NCBI GenBank assembly: GCA_964016885.1
Contig: OZ024742.1
Location: 127,472,001-127,536,000 of the forward strand
Direction: 5' to 3'
DNA: 64,000 nucleotides
DNA from: Eledone cirrhosa
Taxonomy: Eukaryota
The translations under genes and the position numbers were made by a program. The stretch's first letter is position 1, and each line of letters starts with the position of its first letter. Of this stretch, positions 39,685 through 52,952 are shown piece by piece. Below the pieces are notes generated by a model that made no database searches, had not been told where the DNA came from, and worked only from the letters and a program-made list of their open reading frames with translations.

Positions 39685-40520
39685 CCTATATATCTAAAAC
39701 AGAGAATGTCTGTCTGCCTGTCCCCCTAAAACTCGAGAACCACCCAACCGGTTGTTTTCAAATTTTACACAAGTAATACTTATGGTCGTGTGAGTGTTTT
39801 GAGCAAAAAATATTTCAAATTTTCAATGCCCTAGGGACCACATTAGGTGAAAAACCGCATATTTTAGGCTTTAAAGGTTTTATGGGGGGCATAACGGAAC
39901 AATAATCTAGCGATTTCTTCAAAATTTGCATTACTTATGTCGTTTAAAGTGTTTTGAGCAAAAAGGATTTTCTCATTTTTTTCCCCCAGAGAACGCATTA
40001 GGCGAAAAACCGATTTTTAAAAGCAATTTGGTTGCGTTAGGGCCTGTAACTCGAGAAGTACCCAACCGATTTTTTAAAAACTTTGCATATGCATTACTTA
40101 TGTTTCACAAATTTTCTTGACTGAAAAAGATTTCAAATTTTTGCCCGGAGACCGTATTGTTTAGAATGTTGGTTCCGTTAGGGCCTGTAACCTTAAAAGT
40201 ATCCAACTAAATTCCTTCATGCAGTCCCACATGCTTACTGCTCTGTAACTATTGCTTTCATTGTACCATAGCACAACAAATAAATGTTCGGTTTGTCAAA
40301 TGCCTTTTTACTTAACTTTCGTGGGTTGAACATTTTACTCTCAGGCACCCAATTAAGTTAAACCCCTGGTAATCTACAACGAATTTTTTTAATAAGCACA
40401 AAATGTAGACACCATTCCCAGGCCGAGGTATTCCGTACTTTTCTGTAGTGTTTCAGAAAGGAGGGATAAACATGCCAATCTATGTTTAGAATCCCGAGCA
40501 ACGCCGAGCCATTCTGCTAG
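39685..40520 (+). mobile_element. Non-autonomous Helitron, second unit of a tandem
   Basis: Head CCTATATATCTAAAA directly after the previous CTAG; hairpin and CTAG|T at 40517-40520. Confidence 0.85.
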
Positions 40521-40539
40521 TATACTAAAATGGTGAACA

Positions 40540-42639
40540 TATAGCGAGATTACTGGCTGTATGAATGTAACAAAACGTGACATTGTTTGTGTATATAATA
40601 TTTAATTAACGGTAGATAGAATACTTGACATGTCAAAGATAGATGTTAGAATGAAACAAAGTTAGTAGTTACCGTTTTGATTGCCAGGCAAACGCGGCTG
40701 GCAGAGGGCGCCTGGCTAAGGCCAGGCGCCTGTTGGCCAAATTAATGGCAGAGCCAAATGAGAAGACTCTTGACCTGGTGCCGAAAAGGCAAAGAGAGGA
40801 AGGAAGCTTAAAGTTGTTAGTTTTATAGGGCTCTGACCGGAAGTTGCAGAAAGGGTTCCACCTCCCGTCTAGATCCTAATCAAAACAAGGGAGACAACCG
40901 CTACATAACCTCCCGCCAGAATTTTAGTGTATAAAAATCGAAATGAAAATATGTAGCAAGTTGGCGAGAATGTTGTAACAGGCATGAAAATTACGACAAA
41001 AGAATGTTTGGAAAAATCAATGATAGATATCAAGGTAGCCAACCGCTCTTGGCCAGAGAACGACTGGACATCCATCTATCCATCACCCAAAGATACAATG
41101 TAATAAAGTAAAAGTAATAGAAGAGCTCAAAGTTCAAAATATAGTTCACAGGTGTGCAATCACATGACAGCAGGAAAGAAAGTGTGTTCCAGAGAATGAA
41201 TGCAGGTGGTTTCTGTTCTGTGGTATATCGTGAAATTTCCAACCTCCGAATGGATTTTCTCACAGGAAGAGTGCTGCAAAAATAAATTCTCTGGCTTTGG
41301 TGAAGCTGTGTTGATGTATTGCTGTTGCTGTTATATTGCTGTTGCTGCTGCTGTTGTCTCGCTGAGTGAGCGTATTCGGTGTTTAAATTCACAGTAAAAA
41401 AATTTTTTTTTTTAGAAAAAAATGAGTTGCGCAAAGTGCTAGAAATAGCAGCCGAAGTTGATGGTCGATGTTGAGAATGCGTTGACCTGGAAGGGTCAAG
41501 AGGCCAGCGACCAGAGAAATAAGCATTCTTAATAAATGCGCGGTTATCAACGGTAAATTTACATTGTAAATTTATAAACCGGCAAATAGAAGAATATAGC
41601 TTAAGGCTGAAGAATCCCTGGTGATAAATGGCGTGCGGCTGTCTGTGAGTAGAGACATCTCAGTGAATCGAGAATTTATGCTGCCTACACGTGCCAATAC
41701 AAGGTTGAAAAAAAAAAATTTCTAACGCGCGAGAAAATGATAGTGCAATTTTGAAAGTGACAATGATGAAAAAGAAAGGCTTCAATCAGCATAATTATAG
41801 GTGTGAACTTTGGAAAAAAACAAAAAACTTGAACGATGAAGAAAACGAAGAACAAAAGGCAATGGTTCATCGAAAATAAATGTTCCTGTTGAAATGTTTT
41901 TTAAAGAATATCAAATTTCTTTTTTTTTTTTTGTGTTTTGAAAGAGTTCGTTGTAAGAAACGAGAAACATATATATATATCGTGAAATGTTTTTTTTGTT
42001 TTGAAAGTGTTCGTTGTAAGAAACGAGAAACATATATATATATATTGGTGAAATGCGACAGTTAATTGATGCGTGAGAGAAAAAGTATGTCTGTGCGAAT
42101 TCCACATGTGCGTGTGTGCGTGTCCTTGAGTATTTTCATAGTTTGTCGCTAAATTTGCTGTGTATTCGTAATGTTACTCACAAAACCAGATGTGCTATTT
42201 TTTTCTTTTTTTGGGGGGGTGACCACTTATAGCGATGAACGGCTGCGTGTTCGTATCACGTCAGGGTCACCAATATAGCGAGGATACTGGGTGTATGAAT
42301 GTAACAAAACGAGACAATGTTTGTGTATATAATATTTAATTAACGGTAGATAGAATACTTGACATGTCAAAGATAGATGTTAGAATGAAACAAAGTTAGT
42401 AGTTACCGTTTTGATTGCCAGGCAAACGCGGCTGGCAGAGGGCGCCTGGCTAAGGCCAGGCGCCTGTTGGCCAAATTAATGGCAGAGCCAAATGAGAAGA
42501 CTCTTGACCTGGTGCCGAAAAGGCAAAGAGAGGAAGGAAGCTTAAAGTTGTTAGTTTTATAGGGCTCTGACCGGAAGTTGCAGAAAGGGTTCCACCTCCC
42601 GTCTAGATCCTAATCAAAACAAGGGAGACAACCGCTACA
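40540..42639 (-). mobile_element. Non-autonomous Gypsy-type LTR element 2
   Basis: 366-bp LTRs at 40540-40905 and 42274-42639, 4-bp TSD AACA, PPT GGCGGGAGG, tRNA-Trp PBS at 42272 running leftward; no internal protein recognised. Confidence 0.95.
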
Positions 42640-42842
42640 AACATTACATGGTGCTATACTAATAACATAATACACCATCATCTTATGTTATAAACTGCTT
42701 CACTGGTGACTTCTTTGATACACAATACGTAAATACAAACATTAATATTCCCACATCTATATCTATTTAATAGTTCTAAATGTGTTTCTATCTGTTCTCG
42801 TTTCTTTGTCTGTCATTTTACCTCGCTTTCTCTATTTACTAT

Positions 42843-43440
42843 GGAGTTCCACTGAAGCAGGTGGAGATGTTCATGTGTCTCGGGGCCATGTTCACGAATG
42901 ATGAAAGACATGGGGCTGAATTAAGTGCAAGAATTGCAGGAGCTGGTGCACTAATGTACCAGCTTCAGCATTCGGTAATCAGAAGAAGGGTGGTAGGTGT
43001 AAAAGCCAAACTCGCTATCTTCAATTCAGTATTCGTGCCAACTCTTACCTATGATCATAATCTTGGGTAATGACCGAAAGAATATGATCGCGAATACAAG
43101 AGGCTGAAATAAGGGTTCCACCGAAGGGTGCGTAGCTTGGGGATCAACGACTCACTACACGTAGAGCCGCTACTTCTCCGAACTGAGAGATCACCGCTTC
43201 GATATTATGCGCATGTGGTTAGAATGTCTCAGGAAAGAATCACTGGGTAGATTTTATGAGCAGAAACAACTGGCAAGAGACCCAGGGGTAGAACCCGAGC
43301 AAGATAGTTGGATAACATCCATGAACTTGGCTGGTCTCGCTTGAGTATCCAGCCGGATTAGTTGGGGACCGTTGCTTCTGACAGGATCCACAGGAAGAGT
43401 GTTTGAGGACTCTTTCCCCATAACCCTCTCAGGAATAAGG
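42843..43440 (+). mobile_element. RTE LINE (family B) 3' fragment
   Basis: VPLKQVEMFMCLG...IFNSVFVPTLTY; matches the reverse complement of 30290-30950. Confidence 0.85.
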
Positions 43441-44431
43441 GAAATTGGAAGGCATAACGAAATAAGTTTCCAAATTTACGTTTAGCTTACTGCAAACACA
43501 AATCGAAGGTATTCGCTAAAGGAAAACAATAACGAACTGGACTGAACAGAAAAATGAAAGTATTAAAAAATTGGATTAATTTTTAAAAACTTGGGATTAA
43601 TTTCGTGTGTATATATTATATCTATTTATATGTAAATAATTGTTTCTACCTTTCTGGCACAAGGCCAGCAATTACCCAGTGTATTATTGGTACTTTATTT
43701 TATCGACCCCATAAGGATGAAAGGCAAAGTTAACCTCGGCGGGATTTGAACTCAGAATGTAAATAATGTCATTGAGGTTTATACCTTTTGCGTTGCCTTT
43801 TGTTATATTTTCTGATATGTTTGTATTTTTCATCTCAGATTTATTTCATTTATTTCTCTAATGGATTGGATATTTTCTTCATTATTTGACGCATAGAGTT
43901 ACGGCCCTTGCCATTCTGAGTTCAAATCCCGCCGAGGTTAACTTTGCCTTTCATCCTTACGGGGTCGATAAAATAAAGTACCAGTAATGTACTGGGATAA
44001 TTACTGGCCTTGTGCCAAATGTAGAAACAATTATTTATTGTTGCTGTTGTTGTTTTGTTTTTATGTTTTGTTGTGAGAACTAAACTTCTCGATATCTAAG
44101 GGGATAGTTTGTGGTTTAAAAGTCGAGAGAATCGCGGCCTATTACGTAATCGGGTCGTAGTGGCTGCAGATAATAGCTTTATTGGCATTATTATATAGAA
44201 ACTACGCAATGTGACAGCTGCAGTTTGATAACATGTGTCTTCCCCATTTGGTGGCTATTGCGGTCTGGTTGCGTAAACTGAGTTTGGGAGAATGGGTGAT
44301 CCGCGTTTGATTTGTCGAATTTGGAGAGTAAGTGCGGATTGTTTGGCAGGAGTCATGGGTACATGCTGGCGTTCGGTTTAGGGTATTTGTTGAGGGTTAG
44401 TAGACTGATTGGAGCAATAACGGTCTTAATT

Positions 44432-44560
<129 letters not shown>

Positions 44561-44699
44561 ATTAAAATGGTGAAAGTTTGTAAAAGTATTATAGTAAAAC
44601 ATCACATGATCCACATGACAGTTGCAATGTATCCGAACACAGAAGAGCCGAACTCCCACTGTCATCGCCTCGATCTCTCTCGCCCTCCCCATCTCTCTG

Positions 44700-45230
44700 T
44701 ATTATGAGCAAATGGTGTCCCACGTGCTGGCTGCCCCACAGCCCCCGGCGGGAAGAATACCCGGAGGATGATGAGGGATATGCGCTGGAGGAGCCATTCC
44801 ATCTCGCGAGGCTCACACCTGCGGCTGGCCAGCTCAGCGCCTATGGTGGTGAGTAGGGAGGTAGCCAAGGACACCAGAAGTCTCCACTGCCAAGGGCACG
44901 ACCGTAAACCTGTCGGAGAGCGACCGGTACTTGGAGAGTTTGTCCTCCTCAGCCCGAAGTGAAGCAGAACCTTGGTTAGTCGCAGACTGCACCAGGTTGC
45001 GGCTGGAGAAAGTGTTGCTGTAAGTGGCATCCCGGACGAGGAGTTTGCCTTTTGCCGTCCCGTCGGTCCATCCCCACCGGCTCGAGCTGGGAGAGGATGG
45101 GAGCCTGTAGCATCCAAGCCATGCTTTATGACCTCGTTGAGGGCAGCATGGCGTGGAAGGTGGTCGGCACTGTAGCGACAGGAAAGCGGGTGGAGGCCGA
45201 AAGGGTCAACAGTGGATCCACAGCGACATT
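44700..45230 (-). mobile_element. CRE-like retrotransposon 3' fragment
   Basis: Reverse complement matches 35765-36320 with small deletions. Confidence 0.85.
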
Positions 45231-45627
45231 TGCGTGGTTAAAACAGCATTTCAAAATCTATAAAAAAGGCCTTTCGAAATTCTGAAATCTGGTACATAAA
45301 TAAAAGTTCATAACATATTTTGTTGTTCTTTGTAATTATATTTTCATTTTTTTTTAATTTCCAGAGAGTGAAACGAGCACAAAAATAATTATTTCTACTT
45401 TTGGCACAAGGCCAGCAATTATCTCAGTGCATTACTGGTACTTTATTTTATCGACCCCATAATGATGAAAGGCAAAGTTACCAAAAATAATGTCAGCAGA
45501 TTACTTTCCTTATTGAATACACACTACTTTTATTAATTTGCTCGAGTATTCTGCTACAGAACCCAGTTTATTTGCTTTCTATGTTGCACTTCGCGATTTT
45601 CGATGTAAGATATTTAAAATTATGTAA

Positions 45628-45960
45628 TCTTCTTCTTCTTCTTCTTCTTCTTCTTCTTCTTCTTCTTCTTCTTCTTCTTCTTCTTCTTCTTCTCCTCCTC
45701 CTCCCCCTCCTCCTCCTCCTCCTCCTCCGCCTCCTCCTCCTCCTCCTCCTCCTCCTCCTCCTCCTCCTCCTCCTCCTCCTCCTCCTCCTCCTCCTCCTCC
45801 TCCCACTTATTCCTGGGAGTTTCGTAGGAGCAGAGTCCTCAAGCAGACCTTCCAGCGGGTCCTATCATATTGCAATCATCTCCAATTGATCCGACTGGAT
45901 CATCAAACGAGATCAGTCGAGCTCATAGAGGTTATCCAACCATCTTGCCCGGGGTCAACA
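45628..45960 (-). mobile_element. RTE family B 3' end with expanded (GAG)n(GAA)n tail
   Basis: 45805-45960 matches the family B 3' end (compare 30290-30480 and 55925-56090); the microsatellite starts at its terminus. Confidence 0.75.
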
Positions 45961-46479
45961 CCTAGGTCTGTAGCAGTAATTTGAACTCTGGTGCTGATGT
46001 CAGCAAAGTAGGTCAGTATCTCCACATATACTGACCCTTGGGCAACACGCTGTTAATTTTTTTTCTTGGTTTCGAATTATTGACGCTAGTTAGTGTGGAG
46101 AAACTGACCGAGTGGGGGTCATTTGAGATAACACTTTCTTGGGACCAAGCTTCTCCCAGTTAATCGAGACAGTTTCAGAGTTCCTACCGATCAGCTAAGA
46201 TGTAGTAGTCATCGGTCTCACACACAGATCTTCCCTCTACCTCTCTTCTTTTCTCTTGCTCTCTCTCTCCCTGTCTCTCACCCCCCTCTCTCTCTATCTC
46301 TCTCTCTCTCTCTCCTTTTCTCTGTCTCAGCCAGGTCAGCGAAATGTATCCCATCAACAGAGGTTTGGTAAATACATTTTTAATAATACCTTTGCAAGCA
46401 AACACTCGTACACATCACACCTGATACATAACTTCACACAATTCAAATGTGGTTATTTATTCTTCATGTATTGTCGTTA

Positions 46480-49439
46480 TCTATATATCTAAAACAGAGA
46501 ATGTCTGTCTATCTGTCTCCCTAAAACTCGAGAACCACCCAACCTATTTTTTTTCAAACTTTACACATATAATACTTATGGTCCTGTCAGTGTTTTGAGC
46601 AAAACATATTTCAAATTTTCAATGCCCCACAGACGGCATTAGGCGCCAGTTAGCGATCTCTCTCTCTCTCTCTTTCTTAGTCTGTCTTTTTAGATAGATA
46701 CATAGCTATAACGCCGCGTCCTTATAATATCTGTCTGTATGTCTGGCTGTCTGCATTACGACATTATGCCAAATATTGTTCTCATTGCTGACGTATTATG
46801 TTCGCTATTTCCCGTTCATTGCCAGGGAATGTCTTCACGAACCAAAGTATCGCCTTCCTGTTTTCCTTCGGTTGCAACGTTTTTCGAAATATTTACTTGT
46901 GCGTTCACAGATTGATTTTTTTAGTTTCAGAAGATCCCGTTAAGGGTGAAAGCAGCGATTATTTGCTTAAACTTTAATCTCTAGCAAGAGTTACCTCCCT
47001 TGTTATGACGATCACATCACCAGTAGCGCTCTCTAGACAGGAAGTAGCTGGAGTTACTTCCCGTTGAGGTGGCAGAACCTTCTTTGTCACTTCCGTCCAG
47101 GGACCCTATAAAGGAGAGAGCTCCAAGCTATCTCCCTCTCTTTTAACCTGCCTGGCCCTTCGGCCAGGCGCATTGTGCCAGAGGGTATACTCTCTGGCAA
47201 CCTGAACATGGTAATGTAAAGACCTCTTGGTCTAATGCGCGCTGACTACAAAACGGTAAACAAATAACTTTAATTCATTCTTTCATCTCTCTTGGTATGT
47301 CAACTATTCTGCTCTACATAGCTCAACCTTGTTAAATAAACATTGTACATACAACCGAGAGTCTTGTTATATTCATACAACCCAGTGTCCTGTTATAATT
47401 GGTGACCCCGAGAAAAAAATAATAGGATTTGGTGTTGTGTGGATATGAAAAAAAAAGAAAATTAATTAGCAGTATTTCAAAAAGAAAAAATTCCTCTATC
47501 AACATTCCACATGGATTTTTCTACAACATTTCACATGGATTTTGTCTACAACGAAAAATATAAGTAATCTTTTCCTCAGCAGCAAACAAACAAGAAAAAA
47601 TTTTGCTTTTCACCTCACGTGTTTACATCGTTTAAATGTGTTTCAATCACTGGATATATCCTTCGTCCCTCGCGCAATAGAAATATTTTTTTTCAACTTG
47701 ACTTTAACCTTGTTTCGGCACGTGTGGGAGCACACATCTCGACTCACTGAGTTAACACACGCCATAGATAATGTTTCTTGCCAAGGATTCTCCAGCCTTA
47801 AGCTATATTCTCCTATTTGCCGGTTTAAAAATTTACCACGTAAATTTGCCGTTGAAAACTGCGCATTTATTCAGAATGCTTATTTCTTTGGTCGCTGGCC
47901 TCTTGGCCCTTCCAGGTCAACGCGTTCTAAACATCGACCATCAACTTTGGCTGTTATTTCTAGCACTTTGCGCAACTCATTTTTTCTGGGAAACTTTTTA
48001 CTGTGATTTGAAACAACTTTGAAAGAGTTATCTCACTCCGCGAGACAACAACAACACAGCTTCATCTTTGCTTTATCAACAACCAAAACCAGCAGAACAA
48101 GACAGAGAATTTATTTTTGCAGCACTCTTTCTGTGAGAAAATCCCAATTTCACGTTGTACCACAGTCTAGAAACCACCTGCATATATTCTCTGGAGGACA
48201 CATTTTCTTTCCTACTGTCACCTGTGAACTTTATTTTGAACTTTGTTTATAACTATATTCGAGCACGTTTCTTTGCTCCTTTGACCTCTTCTTTTGATTA
48301 CATTGTATCTTTGTGTGATGGATAGATGTCCAGTCGTTCTCTGGCCAAGAGCGGTTGGCTACCTTGATATCTATCATTGATTTTTGCATGCTTATATTTT
48401 GCTGTTTTGCTTTTATTGCAAACATTATTTTGTTGTAATTTTCATGCCTGGACTTTGGTGTTACATGCTCGCCATCTTATTTCATACATGGTTGATTCGA
48501 TTTTTTTGTTTTACAAATCTGGTGGGAAGTAATGTAGCAAGAGTTGCCTCCCTTGTTATAACGATCACATCACCAGTAGCGCTCTCTAGACAGGAAGTAG
48601 CTGGAGTTACTTCCCGTTGAGGTGACAGAACCTTCTTTGTCACTTCCATCCAGGGACCCTATAAAGGAGAGAGCTCCAAGCTATCTCCCTCTCTTTTAAC
48701 CTGCCTGGCCCTTCGGCCAGGCGCGTTCTGCCAGAGGGTATACTCTCTGGCAACCTGAACATGGTAATGTAAAGACCTCTTGATCTAATGCGCCCTGACT
48801 TCAAAACGGTAAACAAATAACTTTAATTCATTATTTCATCTCTCTTGGCATGTCAACTATTCTGCTCTACATAGTTCAACCTTGTTAAATAAACATTGTA
48901 CATACAACCGAGTGTCTTGTTATATTCAAACAACCCAGTGTCGCTGTTATAAATCTGTTATTTTAATATATATATATATAATTATATATTCGTATACAGA
49001 TATTTTTGCATACACAAAAATAAAATATAAACAAACGGATTTATTTCACGAAAGCACAGATGGCTTATCGTCATTGTTACTGCCGATATGCCATCCAAAA
49101 AGTCCCACTACTTTTGTCACAAGGCCAGCAATTACGTAGTCAACGGTTCGCAAATCACATGCATCACTGACGAGTTTACTCCTTACTCTACCAGTTAGTC
49201 TTAGTGTACTTCATCCTGCTTTTAGGTCATGCCTCGAAGGAAGAGATACTCCATTGGCCGAAATACTGCGAAAGCGGCAAGAAAAAGAACAAGGCGGGCA
49301 AACGAATCGTCAGTGGATTCTGCTATTCGACGGTCGCAAGGCCGAGGTATTCCGTACTTCTCTGTATTGTTTCAGAAAGGAGGAATAAACATGCCAATCT
49401 ATGTTTAGAATCCAGAGCAACCCCGGGTCATTCTGATAG
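46480..49439 (+). mobile_element. Non-autonomous Helitron split by LTR element 3
   Basis: A|TCTATATATCTAAAA head; the halves rejoin as in 39351-39400; decayed hairpin and ATAG|T end. Confidence 0.85.
46980..48951 (+). mobile_element. Non-autonomous Gypsy-type LTR element 3
   Basis: LTRs 46980-47397 and 48533-48951, 4-bp TSD AATC, PBS TGGTGACCCCGA at 47400, PPT GGTGGGAAG; interior homologous to element 2. Confidence 0.95.
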
Positions 49440-49749
49440 TATTTAATAAATTATTGACATAGCGGCTTTATGTTATGTGGTTTATATAATTAATTTCCTT
49501 TGTGATCAAGGTAGATCACTTATTCAAGGAACCATCACATCATCATCATCATCACAATGAACACTTACTTGCACACCCGCATCTGACCACACTGTATCAG
49601 GCACACTAATTTTCCTTCGCCTACATTCTACACAACAGTTACCCTACAACTGAACAAACAATGAGTACACACACCACAACCGAATGAACGCCACAATACA
49701 TCACCATCTCATATTAGCATCATCCTCACTATAATAATAGCCGCTGTAG

Positions 49750-50058
49750 GTCTCCTACAAGTTGGTTTAGATTTAGACCATAAAATCTGTCCAGCGATTC
49801 TTTCCTGAGATATTCTGACCACATATCCGAAATATCGGAGCTGTGATCTTTCAATTCGGAGCGACTCACTGATCTCCGAGCTATGCACTTATCGATTAAC
49901 ATTACTCCGAAGGCCCTTCGGAGGATCCCCATTTCGGCCGCTTGTATTCGCGATCGTATTCTTTCGGTCATTAGCTAGGATTCATGACAATAGGTAAGGG
50001 TAGGCAATAAGAGCGAATTGATAGTGTATTTGGTTTTTACAACTACCCCCTTCTTCTG
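49750..50058 (-). mobile_element. RTE LINE (family B) fragment
   Basis: MTERIRSRIQAAEMGILRR peptide. Confidence 0.8.
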
Positions 50059-50084
50059 ATGAAAGAATCCCGAAGTTGGCGCAT

Positions 50085-50300
50085 TACAATGCGGCCACAC
50101 TTAGAATTTGCATCACCAGTCTGGAACCCCTATCTTGCTCAGAACATTGACCGCCTGGAAACTGTTCAGAGACGTGCAATCAAACGATACCCTCCATCAG
50201 GCATCTACCATACTCTGAACGCCTTGCTTCCCTGGGCATGGATACTTTGAAGCTCCGACGTCTGGCAACTGACTTGGTAAACACCCACAAAATTATTTTG
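50085..50300 (+). mobile_element. CR1-clade LINE RT C-terminal fragment
   Basis: RPHLEFASPVWNPY...LETVQRRA and LPYSERLASLGMDTLKLRR motifs. Confidence 0.85.
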
Positions 50301-50984
50301 GAGGGGCTGGCTAGCTTGAGTTTAAATGAGATTAGTTTTTTTCTTTGGGTCATTTCACTCTGGTTCCTCAGAAGAGAAGCATCACTTCGATCTGCTCAAG
50401 CAATTAGCGAGATGTAGCTCTTAGCAAAACGCTACGGCCCTGTCGACAAGCCCCCGACAGCAATTCTTATATCAACACTTCAACCACACAGAATCATTTT
50501 CCTATTCATTATAGATAAACAAGAAGCCTTTTTTCAAACACTGTATTCATTTGTGAGTGTTACCATCAAACTTTATATTTTTATGATTCGAAGTAAGCAT
50601 GTTCTTTTTCCTTTTTACTGAAGTGAAGTAAAGTTATATATAAAAAACACAATTATTGTGTCTGTCATGTTTATTATTTTCTTCCACAACAACCATTAAC
50701 TTCACTTCATATATATATACATGTGTTGAGGTGTGTTTGAGTTAATTATTGTAAGGCCTATAAATTAAATGGCTGGTCACATGTGTGTTTATATAAATGT
50801 ATGTGTGTGTTTGTGTGAATGTATGTCTGTAAGTGTGTATTTTTGTAAGTGTGTCTGTGTTTGCACATTTATATTTATATACTCATACATATAAATGTAT
50901 GCATATACACATACGCGTCAGCGTGTTGAAAAAATCCTAGTAACATAAATTGCTAGCAATTCTTTCTGAAGAACATTACAAATA

Positions 50985-51624
50985 CTAGCAGAAAAAAACC
51001 ACCTTTCGTGTAGTGTGTATATTGATATTATACGCAAGTATATATGCATGTAGATATGATACATCAATGCATGTAGATATGATACATCAAATAAAATCGG
51101 AATTGACAATATACACAGACTGTGTTACACTGTCTTATGTAATCAGTAACGTAATCCATGATACATTTAAAAAAGACGATATTATATATAAACTGCATTA
51201 GGAGAAAATTAGTGACAGAAATATATGAACATTTATTTAAGCGACTGCTAACCGGAAGTGTTGAACATTTTAAAGAAGTGAATCTTTAAATAAGTAATAA
51301 AATATATTTAATGAACAGCCATGAAATTTAGTAGATAAATTATGTAATATTTTGGCAGTATCGGTAGAGGGTCGGACGCCATGCTTTCCAGCATAGTTAC
51401 GTCCATTTACGATCTGGGTTCAAATCCCGCCGAGGTTGACTTTGCCTTTCATCCTTACGGGGTCGATAAAATAAAGTACCAGTAATGCACTGAGTAATTG
51501 CTGGCCTTGTGCCTAACGTAGAAACAATTATTTATTCAAAGTAATCCAACTTATTTTACTAATGGGATAAAAAAAATTATAAACCGTACGCAGTCCCGCG
51601 TTCCTTACTTTATTATAGTTTAGA
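50985..51624 (-). mobile_element. Non-autonomous Helitron-like element (family B) carrying a SINE at 51353-51532
   Basis: Minus strand A|TCTAAACTATAATAAA head and CTGCTAG|T end; related copies at 58337-58883 (+) and 59001-62535 (-). Confidence 0.6.
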
Positions 51625-51756
51625 TTGCATAAGAGAGAAAGAGAAGACCGCACATAATAAGAGTCAATGGAACACTTTGAGGCAAGCAACACGTTCGCAA
51701 CAATACTACGTATTTAACTGGTACTGTATTTTATCGTCATCGGAAGGAAGGCAAAG

Positions 51757-52538
51757 GGCGATATCCAATTTTAGCTGTCTAAATGCCGCTTACTTGCTGC
51801 AGTTGCTTCTTACTTCAATGTATGAGGCTATTCCAACAAATTTGCATTCCCCTTTTTTTTAGCCGTGAAAAGAAATATAGATTTATTTATTTTTTTTTTT
51901 TGCGATTTATTTGCCACTGGGGCATAGATTTCTTTATTTGCACCTTTTTTGTTTGTTAGTTTTTTTGCGATTTATTAGCCTTTTGGGGTCACACACACCC
52001 CCGTAGAAAGTGTGCGACCTTTCTGCCAGGGAGTACAGAGAGAGGGGGGTGCTCCCTTCTCTTACCTGTACAAGCCGATATAGAGAGATGGCCCACTTAC
52101 ACGGGCCATTATTGCTACTTTCACCCGAAAAAGGCACTCAGTCCCAGCCAATTCCATGAAAGATGGGTGAAAGTAGCAATAATGGCCCGTGTAAGTGGGC
52201 CATCTCTCTATATCGGCTTGTACAGGTAAGAGAAGAAGGGAGCACCCCCCTCTCTCTGTGCTCCCTGGCAGAAAGGTCGCACACTTTCTACGGGGGCGTG
52301 TGTGACCCCAAAAGGCTAATAAATCGCAAAAAAACAAACAAACAAAAAAGGGGCAAATAAAGAAATCTATGCCCCAGTGGCAAATAAATCGCAAAAAAAT
52401 AAAAATAAATAAATCTATATTTCTTTTAACGGCTAAAAAAAGGAGGAATGTAAATTTGTTGGAATAGCCTCATACATTGAAGTAAGCAACAACTGCAGCA
52501 AGTAAGCGGCATTTAGACAGCTAAAATTGGATATCGCC
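51757..52538. mobile_element. Foldback MITE, Merlin-like termini
   Basis: Inverted arms 51757-52126 and 52165-52538, 38-bp spacer, termini GGCGA...TCGCC, 8-bp TSD AGGCAAAG. Confidence 0.88.
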
Positions 52539-52557
52539 AGGCAAAGTTACCCGTTAA

Positions 52558-52754
52558 CCCTTTAATGTTCAAACCGGCCAGAATTCTCTACCTCTTTCTG
52601 TTGAAACTGGCTATAACTGGTCGCTCAAATTGATGTTAAGGTATTGTTCTCAAAATAAATACTTTCAAAATCCCATAGATTCGATATTATGTGAGGTAAA
52701 TACTTTACCATGAAAATATAATAGTAAATATAGAGTAATGTGAATGCTAAAGGG
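52558..52754. mobile_element. piggyBac-like MITE
   Basis: TTAA|CCCTTTA...TAAAGGG ends; the right TTAA is decayed. Confidence 0.45.
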
Positions 52755-52952
52755 TCATATTTGCTTTTAATATATTTTTCTTTCATAAAAAAAACATGCT
52801 GCTTGTTTTATGGCAAAATTAAATTTAGCGCGACGGATGTATCGTAAAAAAAAAAAAAGAAAATAACAGTAGGTGTGTCTTTGCTATATTTGGACAGGAA
52901 ATAGTTAAGTTTCGAAAGCTGGCGCTGAAATACTAAAGGTCGCCGTCACACG

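Noticed and set aside
42241-42272. tRNA-Trp gene
   Set aside because: Only positions 45-76 with encoded CCA and no D or anticodon arm; it is a primer-derived copy.
47771-48022. 83-aa hydrophobic ORF inside LTR element 3 as an env-like protein
   Set aside because: The homologous frame in element 2 has a stop (TTA TAA versus TTA AAA) and no motif was recognised.
50370-50450. Possible decayed hammerhead (CAGAAGA...CAAAAC)
   Set aside because: Both core boxes are mutated and stems are not convincing.
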